Shown here one piece after another: positions 19,717-26,227 of a stretch of 32,000 nt of DNA. The translations under genes and the position numbers were made by a program. Origin of the DNA: Nitrosococcus oceani ATCC 19707 (GTDB taxonomy: Bacteria > Pseudomonadota > Gammaproteobacteria > Nitrosococcales > Nitrosococcaceae). Under the pieces are notes generated by a model, which worked only from the letters and a program-made list of their open reading frames with translations, ran no database searches and was not told the origin of the DNA. Each line of letters begins with the position of its first letter. The first letter of the stretch is position 1. The stretch lies in contig NC_007484.1 of the NCBI RefSeq assembly GCF_000012805.1, positions 3,030,001 through 3,062,000 on the forward strand, given 5' to 3'.

Positions 19717-19755
19717 AATAATTTTATCCTTAAATATCTCTAGGAGGGCTATTAC

Positions 19756-20454
19756 ATGCCAAATCTACTGATTACCGGCACTAACCGGGGTATTGGACTG
19801 GAATTCAGCAAGCAATATGCCGAAACGGGCTGGCGAGTATTCGCTTGTTGCCGCCACCCTGGCAAGGCCGATGCACTCAAGCAGCTCGCGGCGCAGCATC
19901 CCGGTTCGCTCAGTTTGCATACCTTGGATGTGGCTGACTTTGATCAAATCGAGGGACTAGCCGCGGAACTCACCGGAGAAAAAATTGATTTGCTGGTCAA
20001 CAATGCAGGCATCTATGCTGATACTTTCAGAGGCGGTTTCGGCGCTACCGATTACCAGGCATGGTTGCGCGCCTTTTGCGTGAACACGACAGCACCGCTG
20101 AAAATGGCAGAAACATTCGCCAGTCAAATTGCCCAAAGCCAGCAAAAAAAGATTGTTTGCATCAGTAGCAAAATGGGCAGTATTGCCGAGAATACCAGCG
20201 GTGGCTGTTATCTTTACCGCTCAAGTAAAGCGGCCCTGAATATGGTGGTAAAAAGTCTTTCCATTGATTTGGCGCCACGAGGTATCCTTGCCGCAGCGCT
20301 GCATCCAGGCTGGGTACAGACCGATATGGGGGGACCTAATGCGCTGATCACGACACAGCAAAGCGTAGCAGGCATGCGTCAAGTAATCGAGCAACTTACC
20401 CCCCAGCAGAGCGGAGGATTTTACGCCTATGATAGCAAGGAAATTCCTTGGTAA
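19756..20454 (+). CDS. Short-chain dehydrogenase/reductase (CsgA/C-factor-like SDR)
   Basis: 232-aa ORF with the N-terminal cofactor motif TGTNRGIG, NNAG, and catalytic YxxxK (YRSSKAAL). AGGAGG lies upstream. Confidence 0.85.
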   Translation: MPNLLITGTNRGIGLEFSKQYAETGWRVFACCRHPGKADALKQLAAQHPGSLSLHTLDVADFDQIEGLAAELTGEKIDLLVNNAGIYADTFRGGFGATDYQAWLRAFCVNTTAPLKMAETFASQIAQSQQKKIVCISSKMGSIAENTSGGCYLYRSSKAALNMVVKSLSIDLAPRGILAAALHPGWVQTDMGGPNALITTQQSVAGMRQVIEQLTPQQSGGFYAYDSKEIPW

Positions 20455-20537
20455 TGAAGCAGGCGTTTCCTGGACGCATAACCCTGCCCTTTTATGATGA
20501 CTGATGACCGGTGATTCAATGCTATCTCTAACCATCA

Positions 20538-20560
20538 TAAAAAAATCGCACCGCTGCGAT
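20538..20560 (-). terminator. Intrinsic-terminator-like hairpin, functional only on the minus strand
   Basis: On the minus strand: ATCGCA-GCGG-TGCGAT followed by TTTTTTTAT. It is nested in a longer interrupted palindrome, CTAACCATC...GATGGTTAG (20528-20566). Confidence 0.4.
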
Positions 20561-20603
20561 GGTTAGCGCAAATAAATCTTAGCGTATTCTTGACTGTCCG
20601 GCG

Positions 20604-20864
20604 GTGAAAAATCTAGGTTTGTTGCTTGCAGTTTTAGCTAATCTGATAGTGACCTCAGTAAAAGCCAACTGCAATCTCATTCAAGATATGGATACCAAAC
20701 ATTTCTGTCAGGCAATATCTGCATCTCAACTTTCTAAGTGCTACCTGATAAAAGATAACGATTATAAATTCTTTTGCGTTGCATTAATTACCGATAAAAA
20801 TTCAAGATGCAATCTCATTAAAGATGATGATAAAAGAAACCTATGCAAAGGAATTATAAAATAA
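20604..20864 (+). CDS. Small secreted cysteine-repeat protein (unknown function)
   Basis: 86-aa ORF with a GTG start and a signal-peptide-like N-terminus (LLLAVLANLIVTSVKA). It has three tandem ~23-aa repeats of the form C-x-L-I-x-D-x-D-x3-(F/L)-C. The region is visibly AT-rich. Confidence 0.55.
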   Translation: MKNLGLLLAVLANLIVTSVKANCNLIQDMDTKHFCQAISASQLSKCYLIKDNDYKFFCVALITDKNSRCNLIKDDDKRNLCKGIIK

Positions 20865-20961
20865 GTTAAGCCTATTATCAGGTACAGTCGCCTGCAATTT
20901 TTTAGCCTTTGTTTTGCAAATTCGGCTATAGCACGATAATCCCCATTGCAAGAGAGATGGT

Positions 20962-21822
20962 GTGAAAACGGACAACCAAGCAGTAAAATCGTTAGTCAAT
21001 AACGTAGCACTAGTGGCACAAGATATCTTTAAAAATAGATGTATCGCCGTCTATCTTATGGGTAGTCTAGCCAGAGGTGGCTTTAGTGAAGTTGCCAGCG
21101 ATATTGATATAGGAATTATCCTTGCTAGCCCGCTCCAAGAAGACGATAAATCCAATATTGATAAAAGCCGATCTATGGCTAGCAACAACAATCCGGAAAT
21201 AAAGAATAAGGTCTCTATATTCTGGGGTTCTGTAGACTCTATCAACGGTATTATTGATGCCGGCCGCTATCCCCCCTTTGATCGACTTGATCTGATAGAC
21301 CACGCATTACTTTTAACGGGCACGGATATTCGAAGTGAATTAATCAAACCTACCCAAAAAGAACTGGAGATCTCTGGGGCCGAGTTTGCCCTCAATTCTC
21401 TTGGCCACAAGGAAAGAATAGAGGAGTTTTTCGACTGCGCGCGCATCACCCAAAAAGGGACGGTGTATGTCACTAAAACCATCCTCTTTCCGGCCCGGTT
21501 CATCTACCTTGAAAGAACAGGAGAAATAGCCGGCAATGAAATTTCTTGCCAATACTACATCGACAATTTCAGCGGTCATGATGCCGAGCTTGTAGGTTAT
21601 GGATACCAGTGGAGACTTCATTCCCTCCCTGAAGATAGCAGCCTTGTCACCGAACAGCTTAATAAGGGACTCATCGAGCTCTATCATAATTTCTTAGAAA
21701 TCTATATTGAGCGTATGCGTTTATATGGTGAGGGCTCCCTTACAACCCAACTCATCCAGTGGCGAAAAGATATCAGGCCGTCTCTAAGAACACCCCAAAA
21801 CGCCCTTCACCCACGCCGTTAA
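20962..21822 (+). CDS. Pol-beta-fold nucleotidyltransferase, AadA/ANT(3'')-like with DUF4111-like C-domain
   Basis: 286-aa ORF with a GTG start and AGAGAGA upstream. It has the NTase motif GSLARGGFSEVASDIDIGII. The C-terminal segment TILFPARFIYLERTGEIAGNEIS resembles AadA LTLSRIWYSAVTGKIAPKDV, recalled from memory. Confidence 0.65.
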   Translation: MKTDNQAVKSLVNNVALVAQDIFKNRCIAVYLMGSLARGGFSEVASDIDIGIILASPLQEDDKSNIDKSRSMASNNNPEIKNKVSIFWGSVDSINGIIDAGRYPPFDRLDLIDHALLLTGTDIRSELIKPTQKELEISGAEFALNSLGHKERIEEFFDCARITQKGTVYVTKTILFPARFIYLERTGEIAGNEISCQYYIDNFSGHDAELVGYGYQWRLHSLPEDSSLVTEQLNKGLIELYHNFLEIYIERMRLYGEGSLTTQLIQWRKDIRPSLRTPQNALHPRR

Positions 21823-23036
21823 TCTTGCCGAACATAAGTGGGAAGCCAGCCACCGGGCGGCGATAAATCAAGCTTATCAGGGCGGCTCGAAGCCCGGCCT
21901 GACAACAAGAGAATTTCTCCTCGATAAGCCCAAACCCGCAAATCTGTCCATAACTCACTATTTTCAGAATTTTTTCCACGCAAACGGTTTTTTAGAATTT
22001 TTTTCTGGGCCACATACCCTGCCCCTTCCTTAAGCAAGCGGCGCAGGCGCGAGCGCCCCACCTGGCTGCTGGCCAGCAATCCTCTCGCCGCAAACCCCTG
22101 GGCCGGCTTGAATATGAATTCTTCTTTTCTATGGGCAAGTTCTTCGATATTTTCCGGCCGTAGCCAATGGGTTTCCGGGATATGGGCGCTGAGAACCGCC
22201 CGCTCTTCAGGTTGAATACCCAATTCCTGATCCCAGTTAGATAGGGAAAGCCGCTCCATCAAACGCTTATCGCTGCGGGTAGCGTAGGTAAAAGGATTAG
22301 GCGCCACATAAACCTGGCCCGCCTCATAGGCGGCCTGCACAGGAGAAAAAATTTCTGCCTGCCAGAGAAAATCGGTGGATCGGTTTACAATGAAAGAGAT
22401 CTCCTGACCTTCCCAGCGCAGCTGCTGCCCGTCCCAGCGCAATTGCTCGGGAGAAGCGATTGCCGCCTTCCAGCCCTGGTGATGAAAAAGATCCTGTAGC
22501 AGGGTTAATTCTTTGCGGAATTTTCCCTTTTGCAGCGCTTCCTCATCTTCCAGAATCAGGAACAACCCTTGAGGCCAGTGTTCGAAAAATCCTTTTGCTT
22601 CCTGCTTTACATAACGAATAATCTGTCCTATCAATTCAGTATACGTGGGAGGAGGTTGTAGGGAAGTATCTTGGGATAGATTAAATATTTGGTAGTAAAG
22701 ATCATTAATCAGACCCGCGAAGAGAAGGCCCGAGCCATTATCATTGAACTCGATCACTTGCCAGTCTTGATCCGGCGGCAAATGAAAATCCCAGGCGCTG
22801 AAAAAACAAACCTCAGCCCGCTGGCGCCGGGCGATCTCCGGAGCAAGGACAGTTACGGTTTTTTGCCAATCCGGCCGCGTGGTGACCCGTTCAAAAACGT
22901 CAATAAAGTCACTGATTTCCGTCATCGTCTTAGAGGAGATAAATTGGTGCTGAGGCACCACCGAAAATTCATGGGGGACAGGCGGGATTCCTGCCTCTTC
23001 TAAGGCAGTGAATAATTGCTCTTTTTGGGTTGGCAT
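21819..23036 (-). CDS. ATP-grasp-like protein (glutathionylspermidine-synthase / circularly-permuted ATP-grasp-like), function unknown
   Basis: 405-aa ORF with normal composition. Segments WQVIEFNDNGSGL, FIFKPAQGFAARG and LRVWAYRGEILLLSGR resemble ATP-grasp nucleotide-binding strands. The family assignment is tentative. Confidence 0.55.
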   Translation of the reverse strand: MPTQKEQLFTALEEAGIPPVPHEFSVVPQHQFISSKTMTEISDFIDVFERVTTRPDWQKTVTVLAPEIARRQRAEVCFFSAWDFHLPPDQDWQVIEFNDNGSGLLFAGLINDLYYQIFNLSQDTSLQPPPTYTELIGQIIRYVKQEAKGFFEHWPQGLFLILEDEEALQKGKFRKELTLLQDLFHHQGWKAAIASPEQLRWDGQQLRWEGQEISFIVNRSTDFLWQAEIFSPVQAAYEAGQVYVAPNPFTYATRSDKRLMERLSLSNWDQELGIQPEERAVLSAHIPETHWLRPENIEELAHRKEEFIFKPAQGFAARGLLASSQVGRSRLRRLLKEGAGYVAQKKILKNRLRGKNSENSELWTDLRVWAYRGEILLLSGRASSRPDKLDLSPPGGWLPTYVRQD

Positions 23037-23085
23037 GGGCTAAAAGCTCTTGCTCTCTCTTCCGGGTAATATAAAAAATACTTAC

Positions 23086-23270
23086 GCTTAAAGAATATAA
23101 TCTGGTGGCAGCGGAAGCTCTGCCGCTTAGAGCGGAGAGGAAGCGCCAGCCTAACGGTAGGCGGTTAAGCCAGGAAAACCGTTTTTGATGCCCAATGTGG
23201 CGTGCGTTGATCTTATAGAAATTGAGGGAGTACAGCTACAAGCCTCTTCCGCCAGGGAAAGGTCGTTGAC
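23086..23270 (+). mobile_element. Miniature tnpB-less derivative (MITE/PATE-like) of the IS200/IS605 element at 11666-12900
   Basis: 23111-23147 aligns without gaps to 11678-11714 (30/37), and both fold as imperfect hairpins. 23232-23246 is identical (15/15) to 12862-12876, with continued similarity to ...TGAC at 23270 and 12900. ACTTAC lies at the left flank, as in the full copy. Confidence 0.55.
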
Positions 23271-23445
23271 ACTTAACACAGTTGAGCACTTGCCCCACCA
23301 TTGACTGGCGTCCTTCTGCAGTCACCACCCAGGATCGATTGATGAAGGGGGGTCGATGCCGAACATGCTGGCCATGGCCACACTCCAGATCCGCTACCCA
23401 GTCGCCGTGCTCATCTTGATGATAATCAACTATTTTACGCTTCAT
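23236..23445 (-). CDS. DUF3565-like small protein with a C-terminus supplied by the miniature IS
   Basis: 69-aa ORF. The pattern VDYHQDEHGDWVADLECGHGQHVRHRPPF...NCVKC resembles the DUF3565 family, recalled from memory. There is no clear RBS. The last 11 codons and the stop lie in IS-derived sequence. Confidence 0.5.
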   Translation of the reverse strand: MKRKIVDYHQDEHGDWVADLECGHGQHVRHRPPFINRSWVVTAEGRQSMVGQVLNCVKCQRPFPGGRGL

Positions 23446-23578
23446 AGGTAACTATATCTGAATTTTTAAATGAGAAAACAGCCTTTACATCCATTTTCAT
23501 TAACATACCATGTTTTCATAATTTTCCAGCCCCAGGAATGTTAAGATAACGATAAACTATAAAGGGACACCATCTATT

Positions 23579-24142
23579 ATGAAAACCCTTATCCAATTCA
23601 TCACACTTAGCGCGTTAATCCTATTACCTAATATAAGCGCGTTGGCGAAAAATCAAATGATTATTAATTTTGGCGATCATGAACTCCACTCCTGGCAGGT
23701 AGTCAATGATGGGGTGATGGGGGGGCTTTCCAAAGGTAATCTCCATATCACCCCATCAGGGATCGCTGTTTTCCAGGGAAGAATATCCTTAGAAAACGGA
23801 GGGGGTTTTACGTTAGTGCGCTGGCCAGTTGAAAAATTAGATTTATCTTCCCTCACGGGCATCGTCATCCGTATTCGAGGTGACGGTCAGCAATATCGTT
23901 TTAGGCTGCGTACCGACAATGAATTGGATGGAATCTCCTATCAGGCTAAATTCCGGGCACCCAACCAAGCTTGGGTAACTATAAAACTACCGTTTTCTGA
24001 TTTTATACCTACATACCGGGGCCGTATTCTGGAAGATAAGGAATCCCTGGACCCGAGCAAAATTCACCAGGTGGGATTTATGATTGCCGACAAACAAGCA
24101 GGCGATTTCCAATTAGAGGTTGAATCGATTAAAGCGTATTAA
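23579..24142 (+). CDS. CIA30-domain (complex I intermediate-associated protein 30-like) secreted protein
   Basis: 187-aa ORF with a signal peptide. WQVVNDGVMGGLS...GGGFTLVRW is the typical CIA30 pattern. Confidence 0.8.
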   Translation: MKTLIQFITLSALILLPNISALAKNQMIINFGDHELHSWQVVNDGVMGGLSKGNLHITPSGIAVFQGRISLENGGGFTLVRWPVEKLDLSSLTGIVIRIRGDGQQYRFRLRTDNELDGISYQAKFRAPNQAWVTIKLPFSDFIPTYRGRILEDKESLDPSKIHQVGFMIADKQAGDFQLEVESIKAY

Positions 24143-24310
24143 TCGTTTATAACTTCAACCAAAAAGAATATAGCAGGAATCCGCTTAATCCAGATAAAAA
24201 ACTGTATTTGAATATCTGGCACAATGGCGATTGGGTTTATCGGATAGCAATATCCTAAATAAGTTATTTTCTGAAAAACCCGATTTAAGTGCAACAAAAG
24301 GAGAAGAAAT

Positions 24311-24835
24311 ATGAAATACCGTTTGAAATTAGCTGCCATGGTTTGTGTTTTATCTCCCCTTTACGCCTATGGGGGTGGGAATCCAGAATTCGTCGAATTT
24401 CCCGAGGGCTATGAGCAATCCTTTACTCGCTACGCCACTATGAATCGCGCGAACCAGAAACAGGTTGCCAAACTCTATGCCAATGAAACTGCCATTTCTA
24501 GCCATAAGGAAGGGCAGACCGCAAACTCGGGCTCCGTCCTTGTCATGGAGATATACAAACCCAAAACAAATGCTGAGGGTAAGCCCATCCTAGGCAGTAA
24601 CGGTGTCTTTGAAATCGATTCCCTCGCTGCGGTAGCTGTCATGGAGAAGAAAGATAACTGGGAGGAAAATTATTCTCAGGAACACCGGGCAGGTAATTGG
24701 GGGTTCGCGGTATATAACCCCGACGGCACTCCTAAGAGTAATGATTTAGCATGCGCCCAATGTCATACGCCTCTGAAAGACCAGGACTATCTATTCACCT
24801 ACCAGAAATTGGCTGACTACGCGAAGGAGCATTAA
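24311..24835 (+). CDS. Cytochrome P460 / cytochrome c'-beta family mono-heme protein
   Basis: 174-aa ORF with a signal peptide. It has a single C-terminal CxxCH (CAQCH) preceded by GNWGFAVY and followed by DYLFTYQ. This matches the P460-family layout (compare N. europaea GNWAFYIF...CAACH...DMVFTQFY, recalled from memory). Confidence 0.8.
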   Translation: MKYRLKLAAMVCVLSPLYAYGGGNPEFVEFPEGYEQSFTRYATMNRANQKQVAKLYANETAISSHKEGQTANSGSVLVMEIYKPKTNAEGKPILGSNGVFEIDSLAAVAVMEKKDNWEENYSQEHRAGNWGFAVYNPDGTPKSNDLACAQCHTPLKDQDYLFTYQKLADYAKEH

Positions 24836-24888
24836 AAACGGCATGATGTAGGTGCAATACTACGATTTTATTGTATAAAGTCCTAGGC

Positions 24889-24926
24889 AGGAGAGGGGGA
24901 ATCCACACAACTCCCCCCTCTCTCCT
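24889..24926 (+). terminator. Strong G/C hairpin downstream of the P460-family gene (possible U-tract-less terminator)
   Basis: GGAGAGGGGG ... CCCCCCTCTCTCC, a stem of about 9-10 bp with a ~13-nt loop. No U-tract follows. Confidence 0.3.
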
Positions 24927-25064
24927 TACCAACCACTATTTCTTCCTAAAGGGCTAAAACGGCCCTTGCTAACAACAGAGCCTCTATCCCCGGCTCCTGG
25001 AGAGGACTATTAGTAGAAATTAAAGATAATGCCTGTTACCGAATAACAGAGAGGGTAAACAAAA

Positions 25065-26138
25065 ATGTTCCGTTCTCATGATTCATACGAAAAGGCTTTC
25101 TGCTACCGCCTGTTACTTGCCTTAAGTCTCTTTTCCGTAGTGGCTTCCCTGGGGGCTGAAGGAGGCAAGGAACCAATTTTATTGGAACAGGCAAAGCAGT
25201 TTTTTAAACCACTGCCAGAGACCATGGCGACGGCAGAATTCCCGACTCCTCCTGAGCGAGTAAGTTTGGGTAAACGGTTATTTTTCGACCCCCGCCTTTC
25301 TGCCGATGGGATGATAAGTTGCGCCACTTGCCATCGGCCAGCCCTCTATGGCACCGATGCCCTGCCCCGCAGTATCGGAGTGGAACATCGCGTTAACCCC
25401 CGAAACGCCCCGACGGTCCTGAATGCCGCTTTACAGGACTGGCAACATTGGCGCGGCGATCGGGCTAATGTAGAGGAGCAGGCATCCAAATCGGTCCTGG
25501 GGCACGGAAGCTTTGGTAATCCTAATGAAGAAGCCGTGCTTGCCAAACTGCGCGCCTTGGGGTATACCCCAGCATTTCAAAGCGCTTTTCCAGAGGCAAA
25601 CGAGCCACTGACCCTGGAGAATTTTGGCAAGGCTATTGGCGCCTATGAACGGACCTTAGTGAGTCCTTCCCCCTTCGATAACTATCTGAAAGGAAATACT
25701 GAAGCACTTGGCCCTCAGGCTAAGAAAGGGCTTGGTATCTTTATCAAAACGGGCTGCATTGCTTGCCATAATGGCGTAGGGGTAGGTGGTCAGGCACTGC
25801 GTAAGTTCGGCATTAAAAAAAATTACTGGCAGGCAACGGGTAGCGAGGTAGTGGATGAAGGCCGCTACAGCATCACCCAAAATCAAACCGATAAGTATGT
25901 CTTCAAAGTGCCCAGCTTGCGGAACGTAGCCATGACTCCGCCTTATTTCCACGATGGTTCCGTGACCACCTTACCGAAAGCGATCCGGATAATGGCCCAG
26001 GTGCAACTCGGCAAGACTCTGAGCCAGCAGCAAATTAAAGCTATCATGGTTTTTCTGAATAGCCTTACCGGAGAGTTACCAGCGGACTTTCAGCAAGCAC
26101 CTTTATTACCCCCCAAAGCTTTCAACGCTCTTCCCTAA
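25065..26138 (+). CDS. Di-heme cytochrome c peroxidase (CcpA/MauG family)
   Basis: 357-aa ORF with a signal peptide and two CxxCH motifs (CATCH, CIACH). It has the conserved PSLRNVAMTPPYFHDGS. Confidence 0.9.
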   Translation: MFRSHDSYEKAFCYRLLLALSLFSVVASLGAEGGKEPILLEQAKQFFKPLPETMATAEFPTPPERVSLGKRLFFDPRLSADGMISCATCHRPALYGTDALPRSIGVEHRVNPRNAPTVLNAALQDWQHWRGDRANVEEQASKSVLGHGSFGNPNEEAVLAKLRALGYTPAFQSAFPEANEPLTLENFGKAIGAYERTLVSPSPFDNYLKGNTEALGPQAKKGLGIFIKTGCIACHNGVGVGGQALRKFGIKKNYWQATGSEVVDEGRYSITQNQTDKYVFKVPSLRNVAMTPPYFHDGSVTTLPKAIRIMAQVQLGKTLSQQQIKAIMVFLNSLTGELPADFQQAPLLPPKAFNALP

Positions 26139-26227
26139 GAAAATGTTACAACTGAATGATCTTTTAAGGGCATCTTCCCCGGAAGAAAAGGCATTCATCC
26201 TAGACCCATTAGGAGGAGTGAAGTGAA

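Noticed and set aside
19713-19727. The palindrome ATAAAAT-A-ATTTTAT lies upstream of the SDR gene.
   Set aside because: It is A/T-only and low-complexity, within a promoter-like region, and overlaps the right arm of the 13-bp inverted repeat. It cannot be distinguished from chance.
11636-19755. I considered a classical tRNA-integrated genomic island model for the IS plus R-M stretch.
   Set aside because: There is no integrase or recombinase gene. I could also find no direct repeat of the tRNA-Ala 3' end downstream, having checked 19583-19755 by eye. The stretch is better described as separate insertions next to a tRNA.
20221-20538. A 105-aa minus-strand ORF overlaps the 3' half of the SDR gene.
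   Set aside because: It is antisense to a well-supported SDR CDS and has no motifs or RBS.
24217-24232. A TGGCAC motif upstream of the P460-family gene suggested a sigma-54 promoter.
   Set aside because: There is no GC (-12) element at the required 10-nt spacing; the sequence reads TGGCACAATGGCGAT.
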